64,000 nucleotides of DNA from the NCBI RefSeq assembly GCF_009914755.1, contig NC_060929.1; one strand, 5' to 3'. This DNA is from the human T2T-CHM13v2.0 reference genome, Homo sapiens. The notes beneath the pieces were generated by a model. It was not told the origin of the DNA. It saw only the letters and a program-made list of their open reading frames with translations, and did not search any database. The stretch's first letter is position 1; the number at the start of each line of letters is the position of its first letter. The position numbers and the translations under genes were made by a program. Positions 41,701 through 56,616 of the stretch are shown here, one piece after another.

Positions 41701-42235
41701 CATTTGGGACAAGACAATTTGTGGTCCTTTCTTTTCTCCTCCAGACCTCAACCAGCAGAGCCTTCCTAGACTCCATGCTTTATTGGATTGCCTGTTTAGC
41801 AGTAAAACTCTTCTACTCAGCAATCAATCCTGGCTTTCTAATCGTCTTTTTTTTTCTTTGACGGTTATTAGTGCCTTATCTTTTTTTTACTTAACATTCT
41901 TGCCAGGAAGTTATCAATTTCATAAATCTTTAAAAAAAAACCCATCTTCAGTCTTTATTGTACCTCTATAGTGCTTTTCTATTTTATTAATTTTTGTTCT
42001 CATCTTTATTATATTCTTTTCTGTTTTGTTTTGCTGTTCTCTTTCAAAATTCTTAGAATGGATGCTCAACTCAGCCTTTTTATTTTGTTTTCTAATATAT
42101 GCATAAAAGCTATCAAATTTCTCTAAGTACTGCTTGAGTTGCATTTCAATTGATATTTACATAATCTTTCAATTCAAATTATTTTTGAATTTTCATAATT
42201 TCATCTTTGAGCCATGGGCTCTTTAAGAGTATATT

Positions 42236-42798
42236 TGTGATGGTTAATTTTAGGTGTCAATTTGACTGGTTAAGGGATACCCAGATAGCTGGTAAAACAT
42301 TATTTCCAGGTATGCCTGTGAGGGTATTTCCAGAAGAGATTGGCATTTGAATCACTGGACTGAGTAAGGAAGATCTGCCTTCACCCAATGTGTGCAGGCA
42401 CCATCCAATCAGTTGAGGGACCAGATGGAACAAAGAGAAAAGCTATATTCACTCTCTTCTGGAGCTTGTATATCCATCTTCTCCCCTGCCCTTGAACATC
42501 AAAATTCTGGGTTCTTTGGCCTTGGGACTCTTGGACTTCCACCAGCAACCCCTCTGGATCTCAGGCCTTTGGACTTGGACTGAGAGTTACACCATAGGCT
42601 CCTCTGGCTCTCAGACCTTTGGAGTCAGACTGAGCCACACCAGCAGTCTTCCTGGTTCCCCAGCTTATAGATGGCATATTGTGGGGCTTCTCAGACTCCA
42701 TGAACACATGAGCCAATTCTCATATTAAATCCACCCTCATATATCTATGTCTATATATCCTATTATTTCCGTTTCCCTGGAAAGCCCTGACTAATACA
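42236..42798 (+). mobile_element. MLT2B-like ERVL solo LTR
   Basis: tgtgatggttaattttaggtgtcaatttgactgg..ccctgactaataca; TSD at(a/g)tt. Confidence 0.85.
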
Positions 42799-42831
42799 AT
42801 GTTCCTGAATTTCCTATCATATGGGGTTTAT

Positions 42832-42997
42832 ATTTTATTTATTTATTTTTGAAATGGAGTCTTGTTCTGTTACCCAGCTGGAGTGCTGTGGTTTCACCAT
42901 GTTGGCCAGGCTGGTCTCGAACTCCTGACCTCAAGTGATCTGCCTGCCTCAGATTCCCAAAGTGCTGGGATTACAGGCATGAGCCACTGCACCTGGC
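42832..42997 (-). mobile_element. Alu with a large internal deletion
   Basis: Right-arm end ctggagtgctgtgg joined directly to left-arm tttcaccatgttggccagg. Confidence 0.8.
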
Positions 42998-43669
42998 TGT
43001 CTGTGTTACTTTACTTATAAATTTGTCGAGACTTGTTTTATGGCCTATACATGATAAAACTTTATGAATGTTCCATATACATTTGAAAAGAAAGCATATC
43101 TTGCAGTTGGGTGGAATGGAATTTATATGTGAATTATCTCAAGCTAATTAATTGAGTTGTTCAACTCTTGCAGATCCTTACTTTCTTTCTTTCTTTTTTT
43201 CTTTTTTTTGGGCCACCTTGTTCTAGTAGTTAACAAGAAACATGCTAATATCTCTCATAATGATTGTGGATTGGTGTATTTTTTTATAGGTGTCAATTTT
43301 TTGCTTTTGTATTTTGAGGCTATATAATTAGGTTGAGACAAATTTTAAATTGTTACATCTTTCTAACAAATTTAATACTTCACCATTTAAAAATTAGCCT
43401 ATTTCTAATAATGCTTTTGTGGTATAGTAAAATATATATATTTAGATTTTGGTCCTGGTTACTGGCACAGAGCTTCAAAAATCTTTGAAATTTCCTGAAA
43501 CATAATTGTCTTTTTTTACACTAATGGGATGACTCCAGGGTGGAGGGAGGGAGCTTCTGCTTCATTCTTTCCTCTGCTTCTGGAAATATAATTTTATGTT
43601 ATGTTAAAAACTTCCTGACTATAGCCTCTTGTGTTAGTCCATTCTTGCACTGCTATTAAAAAAAAACCT

Positions 43670-44208
<539 letters not shown>

Positions 44209-44623
44209 TCACTAAATAGTACCAAAGGGGGATGGTGCTAGACCATTCATAAGAACTCTGCCCCATGATCCAGTCATCTCCCACCAGGCCCCAACTCCAA
44301 CACTTGGGATTACAATTTGACATGAGATTTGGTGGGGATACAGATCCAAACCCTATCGTTCCACCTCTGGACCCTCCAAATCTCATGTCCTTCTCACATT
44401 GCAAAATACAATCATGCCTTCCCAATAGTCCCCGAAAGTCTTATTTCAGCATTAACTCAAAAGTCCAAAGTCCAAAATCTCATCTGTGACAAGACTAGGC
44501 CTTATGCCTATAATCCCGTAGAATCAAAACAAGTTAGTTACATCCAAGATACAATGGTAGTACAAGCACTAGGTAAATAGTCCCCTTCCAAAACGAAGAA
44601 ACAGGCCAAAAGAAAGAAACTAT

Positions 44624-45033
<410 letters not shown>

Positions 45034-47470
45034 TTAATTTCTCACATCCAGGGTACACAAATGCAAGTGGTGGGCTCCCAAGGCCTTGGGCAGCTCTGCC
45101 CCTACAGCTTTGCAGGGTTCAGCCCCTGTGGCTACTTTCATGGGCTGGCACTGAGTGCCGATGGCTTTTCCAACTACAGGGTGCAAACTGCCAGTGGCTC
45201 TACCATTCCAGGGTCTGGAGGATGATGGCCCTCTTCTCCCAGCTCCACTAGACAGTGCCCCAGTGGGGACTTGTGTGGGGGCTCCAATCCCACATTTCCC
45301 CTTCATATTGTCCTAGTACAGGTTCTCCATGAGGGCTCTGCCTCAGCAGCAGTCTTCTGCCTGGACATCCAGGCTTTTCCATACATCCTTTGAAATCTAG
45401 GTGGAGGCTCACATGCTTCAGCTCTTGCATTCTGCACACCTGCAGGCTTAACACCATGTAGAAGCCACCAAGGCATATGGTTTGCACCTTCTGGAGCAGT
45501 GGGCTGAGCTCTATCTGAGGCCCTTTGAGCCAAGTCTGGAGCTGGAGTAGTTTGGATGCAGGGAGCAGTGTCCCAAGCCCACACAGGGTGGCAGGTCTCT
45601 GGGCATGGCCATGAAACCCTCCTATGTCTCCAGACCTGTGATGAGAGGGGCTGCTGTGCAGGTTTCTGAAATGCCTTTGAGGTCTTTTCCCCATTGTCTT
45701 GGCTATTTGCACTTGGCTCTTCTACTTACACAAATTTATGTGGCCTAACTGAATTCTTCCCCTGAAAACAGGCTTTTCTTTTCTACCACATGGCCAGGCT
45801 GCAAATTTTCCAAACTTTTACACCCTCCTTCCTTTTTAAATTCCAGTTTTATGTCATTTTTCTGCTCACACATATGAGCATAGGCTGTTAGAAGCAACCA
45901 GGCCACATCTTGAATGCCTTGTTGCTTAGAAATTTCTTCTACCAGATATCCTAAATCATCACTCTCAAGTTCAAAGTTCCACAGATCCCTAGAGCAGAAG
46001 CACAATGCAGCCAGGGTCTCTGCTAAACCGTAGCACAAGTGACCTTTACTCTAGTTCCAAAAGTTCTTTATTTCTGTCTGAGACCTTATTACCCTGGACT
46101 TGATTATCAACATCACTGTCAGCACTGTCATAACCATTCAACAAGTCTCTAGGAAGTTCCAAACTTTCTCTTAACTTCCTATCTTCTTCTGAGCCCTCCA
46201 CACTCTTCCAACCTCTGCCCATTACCCAGTTCCAAAGCTACTTCCACATTTTCAGGTATCTTTATAGCAACACCCCACTACTTGGTACCAATTTTCTGTA
46301 TTAGTTCATTCTTGCATTGCTATAAAGAAATACCTGAGACTGGGTAATTTATAAAGAAAAGAGGTTTAACTGGCTCATGGTTCCACAAGCTGTAGAGGAA
46401 ACATGATGCTGGCATCTGCTCAGCTTCTGGGGAGGCCTCAGGAAACTTAGAATCATGGCAGAAGGCAAAGGAGGAGCCAGCACTTCATATCCAGAAGGAA
46501 GAGAGAGAGCAGGGAGGTGTTACATGCTTTTAAACAACCATATCTTGTGAGAACTCACTCACTATACAGTACCAAGTTGGGGATGGTGCTAAATCACTCA
46601 TGAGAACTTGACCCTGTGATCTAATCACTTCCCACCAGGCCCCACCTCCAACACTTGGGATTACAATTCAACATGAGATTTGATGGTGACATAGATCCAA
46701 ACCATATCACCTCTCTTTCATATTTTACATCTCTTTCTTCTTTTGTGCTTTCGAAACTAATGTCCTCAAACCCCTCTTTCAGTTCACGAATTCTCTCTTC
46801 ATTTCTAATTAGTTAATTTTAATCAGATTTTAATTTCAATTATAACATTTCTCATTCCTAGATGTTCATTTGGTTCCTTTTTTGAATCTGCTTTGTCTTT
46901 TTGGTTTTCTTTTTTTCTAGCTTAGATTTTCTTTCTGGACACAATAAGTGTAATTATATTCTGAATTTGATAATTTCAATAAATGAAATCTTAGTAGGTT
47001 TTTTTTTATGTTAATTCTTGCTCATGTGTGTAGTCTCTTTATATACTAAGTAATTGTAGAAACTGAATTGCCCATATTCTCTGGAGAATTATTTGTGGAT
47101 ATTCTTTTAGAACTGCTTTAATCACCTCCAAGGCAATTTTCCTTTTAATATTTCGAGGGTAATATATGGGTAGAATACTTCTGTTCAACCTGAGCCAGAA
47201 TATATAGCCCTCTAGGCTTCTAGATTTTTTAAAAAACGATTTGTCTTATTTGATTTCCTACCTGAGAAGACGCTGAAATTTGTCTTCTGTTCCCAGAGTC
47301 CATAAGGTCATGTAATTTTTATGAGGTTCAGACAATAAGTAAGAGTGGCTTGGTGTGCAAGGTTTCCTCATTTACTTAGATTTTAGACTCATACATCTTT
47401 ACTCTTTTGCTGGATATTCAGCATGTTTAAAGGAGAAGGTTAAAAATATAGTTATTTCAGCTTTTTAAAA

Positions 47471-47774
47471 TTATTTATTTATTTACTTATTTTTTGAGAC
47501 AGGATCTTACTCTATCACCCAGGCTGGAGTGCAGTGGTGCGATCATACTCATTGCAGTCTTGACCTCCTGGGCTCAAGTGATCCTACCACCCCAGCTTCC
47601 CAAGTAGCTGGGACCACAGCTGTGCACCACCATGTCTGGCTAATTTTTAAAATTTTTTGTAGATACAGGGTCTCCCTATGTTGCCCAGACTGGTCTCGAA
47701 ATCATGGGCTCAAGATCCTCACTCCTCAACCTCCCAAAGTGTTGGGATTACAGGTGTGAGCTGCTGTACCTAGC
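47471..47774 (-). mobile_element. AluJ
   Basis: TSD ttatttcagctttt on both sides. Confidence 0.9.
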
Positions 47775-48185
47775 TTTATTTCAGCTTTTAAAGTTATTTT
47801 CAGCTGAACAATATATTCTGATATTTAATCATGTTAATTGATATGGAAATCAATATTCATTATGTAAATAATGAATATGCAAATTATTATAATGAAAATA
47901 CATATTTACAGATAAGCCGAGTTTTTTTTCTTGAACAATTTTTTTATTTCCTTGGGACTAATTTTTTTGTATTTTCATTTGTTTAGTTTTCTAAGCATCA
48001 TGAGTTCAGCCTCAAATTCTTAGCCAATTATCTAAGTCTTTTCTCAATAATTTAAGATGTACATATATTCCATCAAATTTAGTGTGAAGGCTTTCTCCTG
48101 GAGCTTTTTTTACCTACTCTTCTGGACTTGCTCCAATGTCCATTATGTTTCACTTCTCATCTGTTTTCATTCTCTTTCATGTTTC

Positions 48186-48735
48186 TGTTACTGACTAGAG
48201 GTTCTTGATTTCTCATTGCAATAGAAATTGACATGAGGCCAAAAGAATTTTCCCAGACAAGCCTTCATTAAAACTTATGCTTGGGCATAAGGAAGGCAGA
48301 GGGTGGGGGGGGGGGGGAGAGAGAGAGAAAGAGAGAGAGAGAGAGCGAGAGAGAGAATCCCCTGACTGACTCTGAAAAGAGCCAGTAGGGCTTTTTTATT
48401 AGACTAAGCAAAGGAAATGACATCAGGGTAGGGTATGCTGGCTGAGGGGTAGGGCATATAGGTCAGCATTATCTGGTCATTAGAGTTATCTTGAGTAATG
48501 GGCCACCTGGTGGTCTGGCCAGTGGCAACAAGACTATAAATCAATTGTCCAACATTCCTTACTGAGGGGGGACACTGCAACCTTGCTTATCTCCTAAGGC
48601 CAGTTCCTAGAATTATTTAAGTAAAAGGACTATAGCAGTGAGGTAGTAGTGTGGGTTTTATGATCAGTGGGAATACATGAAAGAATGCTCTAGTAGGGGT
48701 AAGCTGAAGCCAAGCCCCATCTCTACTCAGTCTCA
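48186..48735 (-). mobile_element. ERV1 (MER4-group-like) solo LTR with an internal G-run and (GA)n
   Basis: tgttactgactagaggttcttga...ctcagtctca; TG..CA ends; TSD tttc. Orientation inferred. Confidence 0.65.
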
Positions 48736-49281
48736 TTTCCAAATACAGAAAATATTTATATTCTATTCTAACATTTCATTAATAATTTGATTGGTAAGGG
48801 ATTCTAGGTTGGAAATAATTTTTCTTCACAATTTTGCGTTGGTCACTTAACATCCAGCATTTGTGAGATGTCTGAAGCTATTCTGATACTGAATATTTTG
48901 AATTTGTCCTGTTTTGATTTCCTCTCTGAAAATTTGAAGAATCTTTTCTTTGTCCCTAGTGTTATAAAATTTCATAATTGGTCAGAGTTTATCTTTTATG
49001 CTAGGATACTTCCCAGGCACTTTTATCAATAAACACATACTTCTCTTTGAAGGAAAATTTCATAGACTGTTTTGTTGATGATGTTTTTCCCTTTGTTTTC
49101 TTTGTTTACTCTTTCTAGAATGCCTATTATCTGAACGGTGAACATCCTGCATCAGCACTCTAACTTTCTTACCTTTTCTTTCCTATGTTCTATTTCCTTG
49201 TCTTTTCCCTCCTTTCTCTGGAAGATATTCTAATCTTTATTTCTTGTTTTTTCCCACTGAATTTATCATTATGATATTCTC

Positions 49282-50098
49282 CGTATAGGAGAAAAAGTGT
49301 TTTTTTTTTTCCTATTCTTTCACTCAACAACAAGCAACATGGAAGATTTCTGTGACCAAATATGTGGGGATGTTTCCCCACCAACAAGCAAGGAATCAGT
49401 TCTGCAGTGGATGCCAACTGAGTGTCCTCTAATTCAATTCAATTCTTATACTATCTACCTAGAGATAGCATCAGCTCCCACAGGCTGAGGGTTCAGTCCC
49501 TCAAGATGCCCACCCTGCCACCCTGCCTTAGATGCCAACCACAAGCTCCAGGTTGTTTTACCTGTACTTCTAATCAACTGGGTATAAAAGTGGGTTCCCA
49601 CAATCTTTTCCTTGGATTTGATTAATTTGCTAGAGTGGCTCACAGAACTCAGGGAAACATGTTTACCAGTTTATTACAAAGGATATTGTAAGGGAAACAG
49701 ATGAAGAGATGCATGGGTAAGGCATGTGGGAGGGGACGTAGAGCTTCCATGCCCTGTGTTCAGCTATCCAGAAACTCTCTGAATCCAGTCCTTTTTTTTT
49801 TAATGGACACTTCATTACATAGGCATGATTGATTATCACTGACCATTGGTGATCAACTTAACCTTGAGCCCCTCTTCCCTCCCCAGAGGTTGGGGGCTGG
49901 GGCTTAAAGTCCCAACTCCATAATCCTGCCTTGGTCTTTTCAGTGACCAGCCTCATCCTGAAGCTACCTAGGGGCTGCCAACCATCAGTCAACTCATTAG
50001 CACATAAAAATACCTCACATTTGGAGATTTTAAGGATATGAAGTGTTGTATGCCAGAAAATAAGGACAAAGACCAAATATATATTTTATAATATCACA
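49282..50098 (-). mobile_element. MER21-family LTR
   Basis: ttctgtgaccaaatatgtgggg..ctctaattcaattcaattc..tagagtggctcacagaactcagggaaaca..atatcaca. Confidence 0.8.
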
Positions 50099-51539
50099 AA
50101 TATATTTTTCCAGAGTTTAAAAAATGCCTCTTTTACCCCATTCTTTTTCATGGATACAACATTTTCTTCTCTTTTTCAGAGTATATTAATGGTAGATTTT
50201 TTGAGTGTTCTCTCTGCAGAGTCTCTGTTCCCTTTAAGTTACTTTTTCTATTGATTTGGTCTCTATCTTTTATTTTAGAGGAATTCTTCAGATGTTTGTT
50301 GCTCTTTGGTTGTTTCCACCTTTGGGCTACATAACCTATTTAAGCTCTGAGATCTCAGCTCACCATTCTTAAAACTATGGTAGTCTGTTGGGCCCAATTT
50401 AGGAAACGCTGATCTATGTCATACTAAATGAACTTTATCAGACCAGGCATAGACAAAAGTGAAACAGACAAAATGTGCTTTTCATAAGCCCTACCTCCCT
50501 CTCCCTTCCTTAGGTTTCTTCCATAACTCTAATCCTCCCTCACCCTACTTCTTTCCTTCAAAATCTCTCTCTTGTCTGTTTCCCTCATTAAAACTGATTC
50601 AAGTAAAAAATCTATCATTTTATTCATACACAGTATGAATGACTGATAAGACTAAACATATTCTCTGGTATTTGGTTGTTAAAACAAGAACAAAAGTATT
50701 TCTTGGGGATAAACCAAAGGAATAAACTCTGAGGATATAACTTAGTCAACATCAATGCAAATCAGCAGAAAGGTGTAAGAAACAGACAACTCCCTAAATA
50801 AAAGCAAACCTCTTATTCTACACAGTTGGCAATGGAGGGAGAATCTCCACAATGGATGACGTAGCAGAACCCTCATAATCCCAACTGTTGCCTTCTATGA
50901 TTCACCTTCCCCTTAAGGATTTTCCTCTAATTATCCCTGTAACCATTCCTAGGCCATGAAGAGGCGAAGGTTTTTCCCTTTGGACACTGAGGCCCAAAAA
51001 TGGAAGCCTGTTCTTCTTTGACATCCCAAACAGGGCAAAGTGACACCATTATAGAAGATTTTATTAATGTCTAAAGAGAAATTAACAGAAACGTCACAAA
51101 ACTAGATAATAAGGAGTATCAGAAGTGACCGTGGGTACTAGCCCAATCCTATCCTCATTTCTGTTCCCAGCATTCAGAAACATAGACTAGATAGTCTGAT
51201 TCCTCTTTTTCTAAAAGCAAGAGATGAAGGCTCAGAAAGAAGCCATCTCCTCCTCTACTGAGTTAAGGTCTTTCTTCTAACAGAAGCTGCAGACTGGTAG
51301 AATATGGACTGATCCATAGATATATTTTGTTAGTTCTGTTCTACTTAAAAATCACTTAAAATTTAGTCATCAGCACTGAAATTTTTGAGATTGTATTTCA
51401 AAAAAGCAAAACCATTTTCCAGCATTGAACATATATGCATACACAGACACCCCCTCCCCTTCAACACACAGTCTGCAGATTCTAAACATCCATACAGAAA
51501 TTTCTAACAAGAAAAACCATCTTAGAGACCTAAATTCTA

Positions 51540-51986
<447 letters not shown>

Positions 51987-53379
51987 TCAGCAATATCATT
52001 TAGTCCTCTAGGTCTCCATTTCCTTATCTATCCTATACAGAGAATGAAATTAAATTATATTTAACAGACCTTCTTGGCTATAATCTTGTAATTCAAGGGC
52101 AAAATTTTATCAAAGTACTCAAGTCAGATAAATCAAAGAAAACACTATAATTATACAAAGAAATAAATCTGACACGGTAATATTTTTGTGTTAAAATTTA
52201 TCTAGAACTGACAAATATGCATGCATAAAATGAGAGCCAAACAAATATATGAAGTACCAGATTAAATTCTGCTTCAACTAGGAGAAAAATGTTTTTCTTG
52301 TAGATAGCAAACTTAAATGGATCAACTGGAAACCATACACAATTCTTCCAAAACAACCATATAAATTTAACGGATTTAAACTTATACACAAAACATTAGT
52401 TAAAACATTAATCATTTACTAATGCCCTCTCATTTATGTTCTCCAATGAATTTGCATTAGTCTTACAAGAGATAAAACAGGAAGCAAAATAAGCCTTCCT
52501 GAGCTTTCTGTGATTATAATGTTGAGTGACAGATTCTGTAGAATGAACAATGGACAATGGAATAGTCTGGCCAAATTAAACACTTTCTGTAAGCAGACTG
52601 AGCCTTTATCTCAGCCAAGTAATCATTTTTCTTCCATGAAAAATAACTAAAATCACGCCAAGTTGTATCACTGCCACAGAAATTGGAATGGCTTCAACAT
52701 CCCATAAAAACAATGACACTTAATGAATTGCTTCAGTTAAATCATGCCGGAGAGAGAAAATAGATGAACAATTTCATTGTGTTATGTGTGGTCCAAAAGA
52801 TATGATCAACACAGGTAATCACTGACTCCCTTCATGCCAGAATTACCACCTGAGATAAACACACCTGGATTCCCACGAACTTTCTTGGTTTATGCTGACT
52901 AAAATGAAGTGATTAATGCCATTAAGAAGCAAGCTAAAATAATAGGTTCAAAAAGAGCAGCACCAAATAGTGTGAAACACACAGACAAAAGACAAAATCA
53001 GCAAGTAAGACTGAACCAGTTTGTACTACTTGAGACATCATTTTAAAAGAATTTAGACCACCACAAAACAACATACTGAATTACACAAGGTACTGATCTA
53101 CAAAAGAAATCTAAAATATTTAATACCTCAGAAATATTTGTGAATCCAGTGACCTTGTACATGTTTTCTTAGAAGTTTAAAAAATATATATATTGTATTT
53201 TTTCTTTGTATTGCTCTTTAGTTTTTCCTTCTGTCTGCAGTGAATACAGAATTAAGAGATAATGTCCAATGTACCACAAATAGAATATAACATCATAAGT
53301 ACAGAATTTCAAGTTTACACTAAGAATGAATGTATGAATGTGATCACTATATTGTTCTGCATGTAAAACACTGTTAATC

Positions 53380-53533
53380 TTTTTCAGAGACTGGGTCTCG
53401 CTTTGTCACCCAGGCTGGAGCGCAGTGGTGCAATCACAGCTCACTGTAGCCTTTAACTCCCCGGGCTCAAGCAGTCACCTACCCTGGCCTCCCAAAGTGA
53501 TGGGATTACAAGCATGAGCCACTGAGCCCAGCC
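53380..53533 (-). mobile_element. FRAM-like Alu monomer
   Basis: Single arm; TSD taaaacactgtt. Confidence 0.85.
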
Positions 53534-53573
53534 TAAAACACTGTTTAAAGACACATGTATAAAAGATGTTTCT

Positions 53574-54016
<443 letters not shown>

Positions 54017-54570
54017 CTAAAAAATAATAAAGTTTGCACTAAAAAAAAATTAAATACAAAGAACTGAAGTTCAAATATACCTAATACAGAAATATTTTCA
54101 TTCTGATAGATAAATAACATACATCTGACTATTGATTACTCTGTCTTAGATGTCAAAGTCATTTATTATCTTTGGTTTCATCAGCTGTTTTGTACTTACA
54201 TTTTAATATATGGGTTCAGTTGTCTGAGAATGGGGTGGGGGAAGGTTTACAGTTTCCTCTTTCATTCCCTTGTTCAGAAGAACTCTTGTTCGCTCCTCAT
54301 GGCAGATGACGTGACCTCTCAAGATAAATTTAAACAGATTCTTCCTCTATTTCTTTGTTTCATATTTTCCATGGGTTGGAAAAAAATGGTTAGTTTTAAA
54401 GCTGTGAAATATATAAAGGATACTGTCATGTAATATCCTTAATTATGTTCATAATTTTAAAACAAGATTTGCCACATAAAAGCTACCCGTGCATAATCAA
54501 GATTTTCCTGTGTTAACACATTTTCACTGCAGGATTGCTTCCCTATACATGCTAAGTTGAGAAGCTGAGG

Positions 54571-54866
54571 TTTTTTGTTTTTGTTTTTTTTTTTGAGACA
54601 GGGTCTCACTCTGTCACCCAAGCTGGAATGCAGTGGTGTGATCTCAGCTCAACCTCCACCTCCCAGGTTCAAGCAATCCTTCCACTTCAGCCTCCTGGGT
54701 AGCTGGGACCACAGGCCCACAGGCGCATGCCACCACGCCTGGCTAATTTTAGAGATGGGGTTTCACCATGTTGCCCAGGCTGGTCTTGAACCCCTGAGCT
54801 CAAGTAATCTGACCACCTCGGCCTCCCAAAGGCTGCGGTTACAGGCGTGAGCCACGGTGCCCAGCC
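54571..54866 (-). mobile_element. AluJ
   Basis: Antisense dimer. Confidence 0.9.
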
Positions 54867-55385
54867 TGGGGCTTCTACTTTTTTTTTTTTTGTTTTTTTT
54901 TTTAATAGCAAAGCCATTGCAATAGTCGCTCCAGAAAATGTCTTTGCTATGATCTTAACAGTGTTTGACAGCCTTAAACCTTCTTTGTTCCTTGATCCTG
55001 ATGGACTCTGTAAATCATTGTCTGGTACTAAAACAATTGTCAGCTCAAACGTCAGGAGCCCTAAACAACCCAAAGAGACAAACTAAAAGAGAAGTAAGTT
55101 CTGAGGTTTATATTTTTAAAGGAAACCTTCAATGAAGCATTTCTCAGTCTCTTCCACCAGAGTATGCTGAAGGCAGAGGATAGTCAAAAGAGTCTAGGGG
55201 ACAGACCGACTTACGCCCGAGCCAGAGATTTCTTTGAAGTCACATGTTTCATCTTAAAAATTCATTTGAATGGTTAATTCTACGCCATATTTGTATTAAT
55301 ACAAATTTTAAGCAATTTACCAAGTTATATAACTTTTCCTCCAAATAGTCAACTAAATTGATGCTTGAGAAGATGCACCATGTTT

Positions 55386-55686
55386 GCTGGGCACAATGGC
55401 TCAGCTGTAAATCCCAGCACTTTGGGAGGCTGAGGCAGGTGGATCATTTGAGCCCAGAAGTTCAAGACTAGCCTGGGCAACATGGTGAAATCCCATCTCT
55501 ACAAAAAATACAAAAATTAGCTGGGGCATGGTGGTGCACGCCTGTGGTCTCAGCTACTCAGGAGGCTGAGGTGGGAGGATGGCTTGAGTCCAGGAGGTCA
55601 AGGCTGCAGTGAGCCGTGACTGTGCTACAGCACTCCAGCCTGGGTGACAGAGTGAGACCCTGTCTCAAAAAAAAAAAAAAAAAAAA
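55386..55686 (+). mobile_element. AluJ
   Basis: ggaggtcaaggctgcagtgagc; TSD aagatgcaccatgtttg. Confidence 0.93.
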
Positions 55687-56094
55687 AAGATGCACCATGT
55701 TTGTCTTGGAGCTTTTAGTACTTCCCACACCCAACCACAGCTATGTACTCCCTGGATGTTCATATAACTCGGTATGATGCACAGGGACATTGAATTTAAT
55801 TACAGGTTGAATACTTTCTATTGAGCTCTTCTCCAACTTATCATGACCTGGGTGTGTTTCCTTATTTCAACATTGTTCCATTTTTTTTTTCCAGTTTTCC
55901 AAGATCAGCTTGGACTTAATTTCTTCCAAGAGTCTTCTCTGGTTTCTGACAATGATTCTCCTTTCTCATCTCCTATAGCACAACTTGTTTGCTTCACACA
56001 TTTTTCACTTGATCATATATGATCCTGTACTAGTTCTATTTATATGTTTTGTCTTGATTCACAATAATTTCACAAATTTCTTAAGGATAATTCT

Positions 56095-56616
56095 CTATGT
56101 GTTTCATGTTTACTGCTACATAAAAAACCACCACAAAACTTAGTGACTTAAAACAGCAACAATTTACTGTTTCTCGTGATTCTGGGGGTCAACAATTCTC
56201 AGCTGGGCTGGGCTTAGCTGAGCAGTACTTTGGCTTGTCCCATCTGGGGTCACTGATGTGACTATAGTCATCTGGTAGCTTGACAGGGGCTGGAGGGACT
56301 AAGATATCCACACTTAGTCCATGTCTGGGGCTTGGTGCTGGCTGTTGGCTGGGCCTCCCTGTGTGGTCTTTCAACTTTTGTTAGTCTAGTCCAGATGTTC
56401 TTTCATGGTGGCAGGGGTGTTCCAAGACATGAATGAAGAAGCTGCAAGGGATTTGAGGCCTTGGTTCCAGAACTTGCACAATTTCATTCCTGTGACATTT
56501 TATTGTTCAAAGCAAACCACAAGGCCACCCTAGATTTAAGGGGTGGGGAAAAAATACTCCACCTCTTGATGGGAAAAGCTGCAAAATATTGTGGCCATGT
56601 TTTTCAATCAGCCACA
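56095..56616 (-). mobile_element. MLT1 (G/H-like) LTR
   Basis: caaaacttagtgacttaaaaca..gggctgggcttagctg..tccacctcttgatggga. Confidence 0.65.

Larger units (their letters stand above)
40950..43420 (-). mobile_element. Old L1M fragments, interrupted by LTRs and an Alu
   Basis: ttgctagtattttgtttaggatttttgcatct..ccagtgaagctgtctgggcctgg, antisense ORF2-like. Confidence 0.6.

Noticed and set aside
45034-46038. Cluster of overlapping minus-strand ORFs
   Set aside because: Decayed MST internal region with no continuous frame.
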